Assembly (NCBI GenBank): GCA_014360895.1
Contig: JACIWQ010000001.1
Span: forward strand, 16,287-80,286
DNA from: Thermoflexales bacterium
GTDB lineage: Bacteria > Chloroflexota > Anaerolineae > B4-G1 > DUEL01
Direction: 5' to 3'
DNA: 64,000 nt
Of the stretch, positions 20,528-34,127 are shown one piece after another; the first letter of the stretch is position 1, and the number at the start of each line of letters is the position of its first letter. The position numbers were made by a program, and so were the translations under genes. Under the pieces are notes generated by a model. The model did not search any database, was not told where the DNA came from, and was given only the letters and a program-made list of their open reading frames with translations.

Positions 20528-21148
20528 CTACCCCAGAATGGACTCTATCACCAGCAGGGCGCCCAGCGGCATGACCACCTTCTCGTACTGCAACAGGTCG
20601 CGGATGTTCAGGTAACTGGCGTGGAGCGCCTTGACCTTTGGCAGGTTGCGCACCGACTTTTCCACCGTCTCGTTGCGGCCGGGCAGGAGAATCAGGGCAT
20701 CCTCCCCCACGTTCAGCCGGGAGAGGACCTCCCGCATTTCCCGCGTCTTGGGCTCGGGCAACTCCAGCCGGTCCACCACCACAATCTGTTGCTGGCCGGC
20801 CTTCACGCTGAGGGCGCTGCGCAGGGCGGCCCGGCGCATCTTCTTGGGCATCCGCTGTTCGTAACTGCGCGGCTTGGGCCCGTGGGCGATGCCGCCGCCG
20901 ACGAAAATGGGCGCATTCCGGCTGCCGTGGCGGGCCCGACCCGTCCCCTTTTGCCGGTACCATTTGGCCGTGGTCCGGTTCACCTCGCCGCGCGTCTTGG
21001 TCTTGTGGGTGCCCAGGCGGGCATTCGCCAGTTGCCGCACCAGCGCCTGGTGCATCAACGGCACGTTGATCGGCGCCTCAAAGATGTCGGGCCGCAATTC
21101 TATCTCATCCACTTGCTGCCCGCTCATGTTCCAGACGGGAACCTTCAT
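20528..21148 (-). CDS. rplD: 50S ribosomal protein L4
   Basis: Canonical L4. Confidence 0.95.
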   Translation of the reverse strand: MKVPVWNMSGQQVDEIELRPDIFEAPINVPLMHQALVRQLANARLGTHKTKTRGEVNRTTAKWYRQKGTGRARHGSRNAPIFVGGGIAHGPKPRSYEQRMPKKMRRAALRSALSVKAGQQQIVVVDRLELPEPKTREMREVLSRLNVGEDALILLPGRNETVEKSVRNLPKVKALHASYLNIRDLLQYEKVVMPLGALLVIESILG

Positions 21149-21191
21149 TGTCTACCCCCTACTCCACACTCCGTACTGCGCACTCCGTTCC

Positions 21192-21890
21192 CTACCCTTT
21201 GCGCAATTCCTTCGTCTTCCGGGCCTGTTTGATCATCACCAGGCTCCCCCGGTGGCCCGGGACGGCGCCGCGCACCGCCAGCAGGTTCCGCTCCGGGTCC
21301 ACCATGACCACTTCCAGGTTCTGGACGGTCACCCGGACGCCACCCATGCGGCCGGGCATCCGCAGCCCCTTCAGCACCCGGCCCGGCGTCGTGGTGGCGC
21401 CGATGGAGCCGTGACGGCGCTCCCGGTCCGATTGACCGTGGGTCTTGGGCTGACGGTTGAAACCATGGCGCTTGATGCCACCGGCAAACCCGCGCCCTTT
21501 GGACGTGCCCACCACGTCCACCCGGTCGCCGACCTGGAAGACATCCACGGTGATTTTCTCGCCTTCAGCGGGCGCCTCTTCCGGCTTCACGCGGAACTCC
21601 CGCAGACGGCGCAGCGGACCGGGTATCCCCTTCAGCACCCGTCGACGCGGGTGGGCAGAGTCCGTTTTCAGCAGGCCCAGGTGGCCCAACTGCCCGCGCG
21701 TCAGCCGAGAAGGCTTCACCGGCTCAAAGCCCAACTGGACCGCGCTGTAGCCATCCCGCTCCGGCGTTTTGACCTGGGTGACCCAACAGGGACCGGCCTC
21801 AATCACCGTGACCGGAATCGCCTCTCCTTCGGCGGTAAACAACGTGGTCATTCCGACCTTTTTACCCAGAATTCCCTTCACGATACTCAC
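21192..21890 (-). CDS. rplC: 50S ribosomal protein L3
   Basis: Canonical L3. GTG start with a GGAGGA RBS. Confidence 0.95.
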   Translation of the reverse strand: MSIVKGILGKKVGMTTLFTAEGEAIPVTVIEAGPCWVTQVKTPERDGYSAVQLGFEPVKPSRLTRGQLGHLGLLKTDSAHPRRRVLKGIPGPLRRLREFRVKPEEAPAEGEKITVDVFQVGDRVDVVGTSKGRGFAGGIKRHGFNRQPKTHGQSDRERRHGSIGATTTPGRVLKGLRMPGRMGGVRVTVQNLEVVMVDPERNLLAVRGAVPGHRGSLVMIKQARKTKELRKG

Positions 21891-22040
21891 TCCTCCATGG
21901 GACTGTCAGCCCTGGGACAGGCTGCATCATCCCGGTGGTCAGGATGGAAGGAAACAAGAATACGAGGAGACAAGGATGCAAGGGGTAGAGGGGTGGCACG
22001 CTCCAACCCCTGCCTACTTGCCCACTTGTTTCCTTGTCTA

Positions 22041-22349
22041 CTACAACTTAATTTCTATGTCCACGCCTGCAGGCAGGTTGAGCCGCATCAGCGCATCTAT
22101 GGTCTTGTTATCCGGCTCCAGGACGTCTATCACCCGCTTGTGGGTCCGGATTTCAAAGTGCTCGTGGGAGTCCTTGTCAATGAAGGTGGACCGGCGCACG
22201 GTGAAGCGCTCTATCTGGGTCGGCAACGGGATAGGGCCGACCACGGTCGCTCCCGTGCGCTCGGCCGCCTCCACGATGCGCCGGGCGGACTCGTCCAACA
22301 CGCGATGATCGTACGCCTTCAGGCGGATACGGATTCTTTGCTTGGCCAT
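22041..22349 (-). CDS. rpsJ: 30S ribosomal protein S10
   Basis: Canonical S10. Confidence 0.95.
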   Translation of the reverse strand: MAKQRIRIRLKAYDHRVLDESARRIVEAAERTGATVVGPIPLPTQIERFTVRRSTFIDKDSHEHFEIRTHKRVIDVLEPDNKTIDALMRLNLPAGVDIEIKL

Positions 22350-22368
22350 GTCGGTAGGCTGGTGACGG

Positions 22369-23586
22369 TTAGTCCAGAATCTTGGTGATGACGCCAGCGC
22401 CGACGGTCAGCCCCCCCTCGCGGATGGCGAAGCGGGAGCCCTGCTCCACCGCGACCGGCTCAATCAGTTCCACCATCAGGTTGACGTCGTCGCCGGGCAT
22501 GACCATTTCCACGCCCTCGGGCAGGGTGATGGTCCCCGTCACGTCGGTGGTGCGGATGTAGAACTGCGGCCGGTAGCCGGAGAAGAAGGCCTTATGCCGC
22601 CCACCTTCCTCCTTGCGGAGGACGTAGACCTGGGCCTCAAACTTCCGGTGCGGCGTGATGGTCCCCGGTGCCGCGACGACCATGCCACGGGCCACCTCGT
22701 CCTTGCTCACACCGCGCAGGAGCAGGCCCGCGTTGTCGCCCGCCACCACCTTGTCCAGTTTCTTGCGGAACATCTCCATATCGGTGACGACGGTCTTGAT
22801 GGGCCGGTCGCGCAGGCCGACGATCTCCACCTCGCTCATCGGGACCAGCGTGCCCCGCTCCACCCGGCCGGTGACGACGGTGCCGCGTCCCTTAATGCTG
22901 AAGACGTCCTCAATGGGCATCAGGAACGGCTTATCCTCCTCGCGCACCGGGGTGGGGATGTACTCATCCACCACGCGCATCAGTTCCCAGATGCACTGGT
23001 ATTCCGGCGCGTTCGGGTCGGTGCTGGTGGACTGGAGGGCCTTCAGGGCGGAGCCGCGTACGATAGGCGTCTCGTCGCCCGGGAAGCCGTAGGAGTTGAG
23101 CAATTCCCGCAGTTCCAGTTCCACCAGTTCCAGCAGTTCCTCGTCCTCCATCAGGTCCACCTTGTTCAGGAAGACCACGATGGCCGGGACGTTCACCTGG
23201 CGGGCCAGGAGGACGTGCTCCCGGGTCTGGGGCATCGGGCCGTCCGCCGCGGAGACGACCAGGATGGCCCCATCCATCTGGGCCGCGCCAGTGATCATGT
23301 TCTTGATGTAGTCCCGGTGGCCGGGGCAGTCCACGTGGGCATAGTGCCGCTTCTCGGTCTCATACTCCACGTGGGCGATGGCGACGGTCAAGATTTTCGT
23401 CGCATCGCGGCGGAACATCTTCGCGTCCGCCTTGGCGACCTCGTCGTAGGACTTGTATTCCGCCATGCCCCGCATGGCCAGCACCTTGGTAATGGCCGCC
23501 GTCAGCGTGGTCTTGCCATGGTCAATATGCCCGATGGTCCCCACGTTTACGTGCGGCTTCTCACGGACGAACTTTGGCTTTGCCAT
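22369..23586 (-). CDS. tuf: Elongation factor Tu
   Basis: 405 aa with GHVDHGKTT G-domain. Confidence 0.97.
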   Translation of the reverse strand: MAKPKFVREKPHVNVGTIGHIDHGKTTLTAAITKVLAMRGMAEYKSYDEVAKADAKMFRRDATKILTVAIAHVEYETEKRHYAHVDCPGHRDYIKNMITGAAQMDGAILVVSAADGPMPQTREHVLLARQVNVPAIVVFLNKVDLMEDEELLELVELELRELLNSYGFPGDETPIVRGSALKALQSTSTDPNAPEYQCIWELMRVVDEYIPTPVREEDKPFLMPIEDVFSIKGRGTVVTGRVERGTLVPMSEVEIVGLRDRPIKTVVTDMEMFRKKLDKVVAGDNAGLLLRGVSKDEVARGMVVAAPGTITPHRKFEAQVYVLRKEEGGRHKAFFSGYRPQFYIRTTDVTGTITLPEGVEMVMPGDDVNLMVELIEPVAVEQGSRFAIREGGLTVGAGVITKILD

Positions 23587-23734
23587 CTCTCCTCTCTCCT
23601 TTCGTCAGATGATTCACTGATTCAGAGATTTGTCGCAACCGATTCACAGACAGGTGGGAAAATAGTTCGGGCCGGAGTTATCCCCCGGCCCGAACGGCAC
23701 TGGAGAACAACTCCCAACTGAGTGAGAGCGTCTT

Positions 23735-25810
23735 CTACCAGCCACGACCACCATATAAGATGGCCTCCATCTGCTCTTTATCCACCGGTGCGTAGTGGTG
23801 GAATTCCATCGTGAACGTGCCCCGTCCCTGGGTCAGGGAGCGGACGTCGGTCGCATAGCCGAACATCCGGGCCAGGGGCACCATCGCCCGGACGGCGCGC
23901 ACGCCGCCCGGCCGCTGCTCCATCCCCTCAATGGCGGCCCCCCGACTGTTCAGGTCGCCGATGACCTCTCCCAGGGACGCCTCGGGCACCACCACCTCCG
24001 TCCGCATCACCGGCTCCAGCAGCACCGGCTTCGCCTCCTCCACCGCCCGCTTGAAGGCCATAGACCCGGCCACTTTGAAGGCCAGTTCGGTGGAGGTCTC
24101 CGCGTCCCAGGCCCCGTCCAGCAGGGTCACCTGCACATCTACCAGCGGGTAGCCCGCCAGGACGCCGCTCTCCATCGCCTCGCGGCAGCCTTCCTCCACC
24201 GCCTTCACGAAAGGCGGCGGCAGAAGTTTCCCCCGACTGGGGTCCTGAAACCGGAATCCGCCTCCCGAGGGCAGCGGCTCCACCGCCAGGCGCACCCGGG
24301 CATATTGGAGGTTCCCGCTGATGGGCCGGTCAAACACCGCCTCCGCTTCCGCCCGGGCGGTCACCGTCTCCCGATAGGCCACCCGGGGGCGCCCCACCCG
24401 TCCTTCCACGCGAAACTCCCGCACCAACCGGTCCACCAGAATCTCCAGGTGGAGTTCCCCCATCCCGGCTAGGATGGTCTGCCCGGTGTTTTCGTCGGTG
24501 CGGACGACGAAGGTGGGGTCTTCCTCCGCCAGCCGCCGCAGCGCCTGATGTAGTTGCTCCTGGTCCGCCGCCGTCTTGGGCTCAATCGCCACAAAGACCA
24601 CCGGCTCCGGGAACACGATGGGCTCCAGGATGATGGGAGCCGTCGGTGGGCAAAGCGTGTCGCCGGTGAACGTGGCCTTCAGGCCGACCACGCCGCCGAT
24701 GTCCCCCGCCGTCAGTTCGGGAATCTCCTCCCGGTCCCGGGCGAACATGCGCAGGAGTTTAGCAACGCGCTCTGTCTGCCCCTTGCCGGGGTTGTAGACG
24801 GAGGAGCCGACCTTGAGTTTGCCCGAGTAGACCCGCACGTAGACCAGACGGCCCACGTAGGGGTCGCTGGCCACCTTGAAGGCCAGGGCCGCCAGCGGCG
24901 CGTTGACATCGGCGGGCCGGGTCTCCGGTTCCCCGGTGCGGGGGTTTTCCCCTTCCACCGGCGGGATGTCCAGGGGGGAGGGCAGGTAGTCCACGATGGC
25001 GTCCAGCAGGGGCTGCACACCCTTGTTGCGCAGGGCGGAGCCGCAGAGCACCGGGACCAGCGTCCCGGCGATGGTGGCCCGCCGCAGGGCCCGCCGCAGG
25101 TCCGCCGCCGGAATCTCTTCGCCCTCCAGGTAGCGGGTCATCAGGTCGTCGTCCGTCTCCACAATCTGCTCCAGGACCTGCTCCCGCAGCACCTGGACCT
25201 CGTCGGCCAGTTCCGGGGGGATGGGCTCTATCACCGGCTCCTTGCCCAACTCGTCCACCCAGATCACCGCGTGCATCTCCAGCAGGTCCACCACGCCCCG
25301 GAAGGAGAGTTCCCGGCCGATGGGCCACTGGAGCATCACCGGGTTGGCACCCAGTCGCTCCCGGATGGTCTCGGTGGCGTGGGCGAAGTCGGCGCCCAGT
25401 TTGTCCATCTTGTTAATGAAAGCGATGAGGGGCACGCCAAAGGAGCGGGCCTGCCGCCAGACGGTCTCCGACTGGGGCTCCACCCCGGCGACAGCGTCAA
25501 AGACCACCACCCCTCCGTCCAGGACGCGCAGGCTCCGCTGGACCTCGGCGGTAAAATCTATGTGCCCCGGCGTATCTATGATGTTAATCTGATGGTCCCG
25601 CCAGAAGCAGGTGACGGCGGCGGCGGTGATGGTGATGCCCCGTTCCCGCTCCTGGACCATCCAGTCGGTGACGGTGGTCCCTTCGTCCACCGTCCCCATC
25701 CGATGGGTTCTACCCGTGTAGAAGAGAATCCGCTCGGTGGTAGTGGTTTTGCCCGCGTCTATGTGGGCGATGATCCCGATATTGCGAACCCGCTCCAGTG
25801 GCCATGCCAT
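23735..25810 (-). CDS. fusA: Elongation factor G
   Basis: 691 aa with [10 protein letters not shown]-domain. Confidence 0.97.
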   Translation of the reverse strand: MAWPLERVRNIGIIAHIDAGKTTTTERILFYTGRTHRMGTVDEGTTVTDWMVQERERGITITAAAVTCFWRDHQINIIDTPGHIDFTAEVQRSLRVLDGGVVVFDAVAGVEPQSETVWRQARSFGVPLIAFINKMDKLGADFAHATETIRERLGANPVMLQWPIGRELSFRGVVDLLEMHAVIWVDELGKEPVIEPIPPELADEVQVLREQVLEQIVETDDDLMTRYLEGEEIPAADLRRALRRATIAGTLVPVLCGSALRNKGVQPLLDAIVDYLPSPLDIPPVEGENPRTGEPETRPADVNAPLAALAFKVASDPYVGRLVYVRVYSGKLKVGSSVYNPGKGQTERVAKLLRMFARDREEIPELTAGDIGGVVGLKATFTGDTLCPPTAPIILEPIVFPEPVVFVAIEPKTAADQEQLHQALRRLAEEDPTFVVRTDENTGQTILAGMGELHLEILVDRLVREFRVEGRVGRPRVAYRETVTARAEAEAVFDRPISGNLQYARVRLAVEPLPSGGGFRFQDPSRGKLLPPPFVKAVEEGCREAMESGVLAGYPLVDVQVTLLDGAWDAETSTELAFKVAGSMAFKRAVEEAKPVLLEPVMRTEVVVPEASLGEVIGDLNSRGAAIEGMEQRPGGVRAVRAMVPLARMFGYATDVRSLTQGRGTFTMEFHHYAPVDKEQMEAILYGGRGW

Positions 25811-25855
25811 CGCATCTGTTCCTCCGGGTCGCCCGGGCGCCCACCGGGACGGGTG

Positions 25856-26326
25856 CTACCACCGGTAGTGAGCAAACGCCTGGTTGGCCTCGGCCATCCT
25901 GTGGGTATCTTCCCGTTTCTTGATGGCGGCGCCGGTCTTGTTGACCGCGTCCATCAGTTCGGCGGCCAGTTTTTCGGCCATGGAGCGCCCGGAGCGATGG
26001 CGAGCGGCCTCCAGAATCCAGCGGATGGCCAAACTGGTCTGGCGGTGAGGCGGCACCTCCACCGGTACCTGGTAGGTCGCCCCACCGACGCGTCGGGGTT
26101 TGACCTCCAGAATCGGGGAGACGTTGCGCACCGCCTCTTCCAGCACTTCCAGCGCCGGTCGCCGCGTCCGCTCCTGGATAATGTCCATCGCCTGATACAT
26201 AATGCGGGTCGCCAGGCTCTTCTTGCCATCTTTCATAATTTTGTTGATGAACTTGGCGACCAGGACGCTGTTATAGCGCAGGTCCGGCTCAATTTCTCGT
26301 TTCGGTGGACGATATCGTCTGGGCAT
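25856..26326 (-). CDS. rpsG: 30S ribosomal protein S7
   Basis: Canonical S7. Confidence 0.95.
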   Translation of the reverse strand: MPRRYRPPKREIEPDLRYNSVLVAKFINKIMKDGKKSLATRIMYQAMDIIQERTRRPALEVLEEAVRNVSPILEVKPRRVGGATYQVPVEVPPHRQTSLAIRWILEAARHRSGRSMAEKLAAELMDAVNKTGAAIKKREDTHRMAEANQAFAHYRW

Positions 26327-26361
26327 TCTTCCTCACCGATCCTCCAGCCTGCTGTTTATCC

Positions 26362-26709
26362 CTACGCCTCGGGGGCTGGACGATTGACCCGAAGCAACCG
26401 TCCCTGGAGAGCAGGTTCTGCCTCAATTGCCCGGTGCACGCGCCGGGCTAACTCTTCAAAGTCTGGGTCAAAAGAGCATACAATAATGCCAGAGTGATCC
26501 GGGTTATCCCTGTGCAGGCGAATAAAGTGTCTCCGATTCATCGTCAGAATTGCCCGTCCCTCCTGACGGGCAAACAGGAGAACCGCTTCATCGGACATTG
26601 CCTGTCCCGTCTGACCGGCCTCCAACATTGTCAACACATCGTGCCCCAGTTTTCGCAGCTCCTCCACAACCGGCATCGGGAAATTCTCGTTTGCATATAA
26701 CCGGGCCAT
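26362..26709 (-). CDS. DUF5615 (PIN-like/Mut7-C-like) putative toxin
   Basis: 115 aa. Paired with the upstream DUF433 gene (1-nt gap). Lower GC. Confidence 0.65.
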   Translation of the reverse strand: MARLYANENFPMPVVEELRKLGHDVLTMLEAGQTGQAMSDEAVLLFARQEGRAILTMNRRHFIRLHRDNPDHSGIIVCSFDPDFEELARRVHRAIEAEPALQGRLLRVNRPAPEA

Positions 26710-26710
26710 A

Positions 26711-27055
26711 TCAGGCCGCCTCGTGCTCCCGAATTTGCTCTTCTATCTCTTCCCGATGGGCCCGATAATACGCCCAGGCATTTGCCAGGTCTTCCGCCCT
26801 CAGCGTCGGGTAGGCTCGCAGAAGGTCCGCCTCGCTGGCCCCCAGGCGCCGGGCCTGCACCAGCAGCCAGACCGGGATTCGGGTGCGGACGATACACGGC
26901 TCTCCTCCGCAGACATCCGGCGTACTCTCAATGCCAGGAAATGCCTCGCCCAGGTCTCGCACTACCCATTGCAGCACCTGGGCCTTTTCTGCCCGGGTCA
27001 TCTGCGCCAGAAGCCGCTCAGCTTCCCGCAATGGGCTGGTCAAAGTGCCAATCAT
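26711..27055 (-). CDS. DUF433 putative antitoxin
   Basis: GGEPCIVRTRIPVWLLV... DUF433 core. The start is trimmed to MIGTLTSP so that it does not overlap rpsL. Confidence 0.65.
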   Translation of the reverse strand: MIGTLTSPLREAERLLAQMTRAEKAQVLQWVVRDLGEAFPGIESTPDVCGGEPCIVRTRIPVWLLVQARRLGASEADLLRAYPTLRAEDLANAWAYYRAHREEIEEQIREHEAA

Positions 27056-27080
27056 ACTTCCCGAACCCGGAGCCAAACAC

Positions 27081-27542
27081 CTACTTCTTCCCTGGCTTCG
27101 CGCCGGGCTTGGCCGGGCCTTTGCCGCCCTTGCCGGCTTTGGTGCCGTACTTGGAGCGTTGCTGCGCGCGACCATCCACGCCCGCGGCATCCAGCGCGCC
27201 CCGGATGATGTGATAGCGGACGCCGGGCAGGTCCTTCACGCGGCCGCCGCGCACCAGCACTACCGAGTGCTCCTGCAGGTTGTGCCCTTCGCCAGGGATG
27301 TAGGCCGTGATCTCAATGCCGTTGGTCAGCCGCACGCGGGCGATTTTGCGCAGCGCGGAGTTGGGCTTCTTCGGCGTCATCGTCCGCACCTGGGTGCAGA
27401 CGCCCCGCTTCTGCGGCGCGCCCTTCGGCATGCGGAAGCGCCGCTGCTTGTACGAGTTAAAGATGTACTGCAGCGCCGGCGCCTTGGTCTTCTTTTCCTT
27501 CGGCTTTCGCCCTTTGCGAACCAGTTGATTGATCGTCGGCAT
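27081..27542 (-). CDS. rpsL: 30S ribosomal protein S12, with a 15-aa in-frame insertion and a Gly/Lys-rich C-terminal tail
   Basis: [13 protein letters not shown]...PQKRGVCT...[10 protein letters not shown]. The insertion [15 protein letters not shown] lies between PAL and KGAP. The tail is [17 protein letters not shown]. Confidence 0.93.
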   Translation of the reverse strand: MPTINQLVRKGRKPKEKKTKAPALQYIFNSYKQRRFRMPKGAPQKRGVCTQVRTMTPKKPNSALRKIARVRLTNGIEITAYIPGEGHNLQEHSVVLVRGGRVKDLPGVRYHIIRGALDAAGVDGRAQQRSKYGTKAGKGGKGPAKPGAKPGKK

Positions 27543-27593
27543 AACTATCTCCCGGTCTACAGAGAAGGCCTCTTGCCCATTTGACGAGCGGGC

Positions 27594-27604
27594 ATTTTAC
27601 CACA
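27594..27604 (-). promoter_or_regulatory. Candidate extended -10 promoter (TGTGGTAAAAT) for rpsL-rpsG-fusA-tuf, in the rpoB/rpsL junction
   Basis: TGnTAAAAT on the minus strand, 52 nt upstream of the rpsL ATG. No good -35 at 17-bp spacing. Confidence 0.35.
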
Positions 27605-27614
27605 GGTTGTGAAT

Positions 27615-31544
<3,930 letters not shown>

Positions 31545-31579
31545 CCCACTCCCCCTATTGAAATAACCCGCGAACTTAT

Positions 31580-31608
31580 AGTATAGCACCAAAGGGCGAA
31601 TTTGTCAA
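31580..31608 (-). promoter_or_regulatory. Sigma-70-type promoter for rpoB: -35 TTGACA, 17-bp spacer, -10 TATACT
   Basis: Minus-strand sequence TTGACAaattcgccctttggtgcTATACT. The predicted TSS is ~27 nt upstream of the MNV start codon. Confidence 0.65.
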
Positions 31609-31629
31609 AAACCAGAAGGGGTGGGGGTG

Positions 31630-31835
31630 AGGGGGCGAAGCCATCCCACAGCCCGGCCGTCATTGCGAGCTCCCCAAGGGGGCGAAGCAATCCCCCCCGT
31701 CGCTTCTGGGAATTGCTTTGGCCACGTCGCGCCACGCGCCGAAGGCGCTCGCGCCGAGGCGAGCGGCTGCTTCGCTGCGCTCACAGTGACGACCTTGCCG
31801 CGTGGCAGGCGCTTCGCGCCCTCGCAATGACCCTT
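31630..31835. repeat. REP/MITE-like palindromic element: GTCATTGCGAGC ... CGAAGCAATCC ... GGAATTGCTTTG ... CTCGCAATGAC
   Basis: Terminal inverted repeats GTCATTGCGAG (31659) and CTCGCAATGAC (31821). Same family as 33911-33995 and 61029-61303. Confidence 0.8.
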
Positions 31836-32054
31836 CCACCATAGCGCAGGCTGTTCGCCTGTACCGCCATCCGTGGGGACAGGGGGTTGCCTCACTCTTT
31901 CCCCGGCCCTCTCCTGAGCAAAGGTCGGGAGAAGAAAGGGGGGGCATAGATACCCATCACCGAAGGCACATGCGGAGACAGCGGATGTGTACAGGTGTTG
32001 AGGTCGGCTTCAGAGAGTTTCGGAGAAAGCGAGCGCGTTTAGGGCGACCGTAAG

Positions 32055-33185
32055 TTAGAGATACTGTCGCAGTTGCCGGCTGCGACGGGGGTGACGTAAC
32101 CGGCGGAGGGCTTTGCCCTCAATCTGGCGGATTCGCTCCCGGGTCAGGCCAAACTTCTGCCCCACTTCCTCCAGGGTGTGACTCCGGCTGCCACCCAGCC
32201 CGAAGCGCAGGCGCAGGATGCGGGCTTCGCGGGGGCTGAGCGTGGAGAGCACTTCTTCTATCTTCTCTGCCAGCATCTTCTGATACGCGCTCTGGGGTGG
32301 GGTGGGCGTGGAATCGTCCTCAATGAATGCCCCCAGTTCGTTATCTTCCTCTTCCCCCACCGGGTGTTCCAGACTGAGCGGGCGCCAGGAGACGCGCAAC
32401 ATCCATTGGACTTTGCGGGGTTCCAGGTCCAGTTCGGCGGCAATCTCCTCGGGGGTAGGGGGGCGGCCGTATTCCTGTTCCAGTTGCTGGGCCGTCTTGT
32501 AGAGCCGACGGATGCGGTCGGACATGTGGACGGGGACGCGGATGGTCCGGCTCTGGTCGGCCACGGCCCGGCTGATGGTCTGACGGATCCACCAGGTCGC
32601 GTAGGTGCTGAATCGGTACCCCCTCCGGTAGTCAAACTTCTCCACGGCTTTCATCAGGCCGAGGTTCCCTTCCTGAATTAGGTCCAGGAAAGGGACCCCA
32701 CGACCAATGTACTTCTTGGCGATGCTGACGACCAGGCGGGTGTTCGCCTTAATCAGGTGTTCTCGTGCGGCCCGTCCCTCCTCCACCAGCGCTTCCAGTC
32801 GGGCCCGCTCTACCGGGTCCGTCCCGTTGTTCGCCAGGACCTTTTCCGCCTCGCGCCCGACCTCTATGATGTGAGCCAGGCGGGTTTCCTCTTCCAAGGA
32901 AAGGAGCGGCACCCGGGCCATTTCCCGAAGGTACAGACCGACGGCATCATCTGCCGCGATCCCGCTCAGGTCATCCAGGTCCACCTCGGCCAATTCGGCC
33001 AGGTCCTCCGTCTCCACTGCGGGCAACTCATCGTATACTTCAATGCCCGCTTCGCTCAACAGCGCGATGATTTCGTCCAGTTGCTCTGGAGAACTTTCTG
33101 CCTCGGGCAAGAGGTCCAGAATATCGCTGATCGTCAGGTACCCCTGGGCTTCCGCTTTCTCCAACAGTTCTTCCAGTATATCCAT
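32055..33185 (-). CDS. rpoD: Primary RNA polymerase sigma factor (sigma-70/RpoD)
   Basis: Regions 1.2-4.2 present ([47 protein letters not shown]). Confidence 0.93.
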   Translation of the reverse strand: MDILEELLEKAEAQGYLTISDILDLLPEAESSPEQLDEIIALLSEAGIEVYDELPAVETEDLAELAEVDLDDLSGIAADDAVGLYLREMARVPLLSLEEETRLAHIIEVGREAEKVLANNGTDPVERARLEALVEEGRAAREHLIKANTRLVVSIAKKYIGRGVPFLDLIQEGNLGLMKAVEKFDYRRGYRFSTYATWWIRQTISRAVADQSRTIRVPVHMSDRIRRLYKTAQQLEQEYGRPPTPEEIAAELDLEPRKVQWMLRVSWRPLSLEHPVGEEEDNELGAFIEDDSTPTPPQSAYQKMLAEKIEEVLSTLSPREARILRLRFGLGGSRSHTLEEVGQKFGLTRERIRQIEGKALRRLRHPRRSRQLRQYL

Positions 33186-33197
33186 CCTCTCTACTCC

Positions 33198-33698
33198 TTA
33201 TCCATCCCTGCTTTGCAGAAATTGAGCCAGGGGAGCCAGTCGGGGGTCCACTCTCTCCTCCGCGCAGCGGCATGGTTCCAGGTTCAGATTTGCTCCACAC
33301 TCCGGGCAGATGCCCTTGCAGTCCGGACGGCATAAGGGCTTCATCGGGATGTTGACCCAGATCTGCTCCCGCAGCAGTGGGAGGGGGTCATACCATCCCT
33401 CATCGGTGAGGGTATACGAAATGCCGGGGCGTGGCCGTCCACTCAGACCGATGGTCTCCTCTATCTCCAGGACGGTATCATATGGAAATGGTTCCAGGCA
33501 CCGGACACATTCTATTTCCACGCGGGTTTCTATCTGGGCTTCCACCAGAATACCGCCCTGGACACGGGTGAATTGGATGGGGCCGCGGAGGAAGGCCACC
33601 GAGATGTCATCCAGTTGCTGAGGGCCTTCATCCAGGGTGAAGGAGAGGCGCTCGCCTGGACGCGCCCCGATGAGCGGGGAAAGGTCTATCTGAACCAT
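33198..33698 (-). CDS. yceD: YceD/DUF177 family (23S rRNA accumulation protein)
   Basis: C-terminal CxxC...CPxCG...C..C cysteine motif typical of DUF177. Located 12 nt upstream of rpoD. Confidence 0.75.
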   Translation of the reverse strand: MVQIDLSPLIGARPGERLSFTLDEGPQQLDDISVAFLRGPIQFTRVQGGILVEAQIETRVEIECVRCLEPFPYDTVLEIEETIGLSGRPRPGISYTLTDEGWYDPLPLLREQIWVNIPMKPLCRPDCKGICPECGANLNLEPCRCAEERVDPRLAPLAQFLQSRDG

Positions 33699-33709
33699 AG
33701 AAACACAAA

Positions 33710-33788
33710 AGTACCAGGCACTTCCTCAGGCCCTGGGGGTCTCAGGAGAAAAGGTTTCGCTGAATCAACCGGGAATGTGCCTGGTACT
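33710..33788 (-). promoter_or_regulatory. Structured 5' leader of yceD-rpoD: perfect 12-bp inverted repeat AGTACCAGGCAC ... GTGCCTGGTACT enclosing ~55 nt
   Basis: Perfect IR between the predicted promoter (33826-33854) and the yceD start. Confidence 0.5.
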
Positions 33789-33825
33789 GAATCGTTCAAC
33801 CGCCTTTTGTGCTGGGTTTGCACAT

Positions 33826-33854
33826 ATTATAACAGAAAAGAAGGTGTTCGTCAA
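33826..33854 (-). promoter_or_regulatory. Sigma-70-type promoter for yceD-rpoD: -35 TTGACG, 17-bp spacer, -10 TATAAT
   Basis: Minus-strand sequence TTGACGaacaccttcttttctgtTATAAT. Confidence 0.55.
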
Positions 33855-33910
33855 GAGTTTTTGAGGCCAGTTTTGGGATTTTTCCGTCTTCTCAAGATTT
33901 ACGCACTGGG

Positions 33911-33995
33911 GAGATTGCTTCGGCCCGTGGGGGCCTCGCAATGACCTCCTACGCGCTCGCAGGGTCATTGCGAGCGGCAAAGCCGCGAAGCAATC
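33911..33995. repeat. REP-like nested palindrome GATTGCTTCG...CTCGCAATGAC...GTCATTGCGAGC...CGAAGCAATC
   Basis: Fully symmetric 85-bp element of the same family as 31630-31835. Confidence 0.85.
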
Positions 33996-34055
33996 TCCTC
34001 CTGTAAGCCAACTGCGGAACTCCTGCTCTTATTGAAATCCGGGAGGTCCGCCGGG

Positions 34056-34084
34056 TTGCCCGTTGGGGCATTTTCTGGTAATAT
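34056..34084 (+). promoter_or_regulatory. Candidate promoter for the ferredoxin-like gene: -35 TTGCCC, 17-bp spacer, -10 TAATAT
   Basis: Seen 44 nt upstream of the ATG at 34128. Confidence 0.35.
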
Positions 34085-34127
34085 ACAGGCGCGCCGGAAC
34101 AGTCCCATCTGTGCAAGGAGAACAGCC

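Noticed and set aside
26711-27190. 159-aa version of the DUF433 ORF and 223-aa version of rplF (13503..14174)
   Set aside because: The N-terminal extensions overlap the upstream essential genes (rpsL, rpsH) and lack RBSs. Internal starts with SD sequences give proteins of canonical length.
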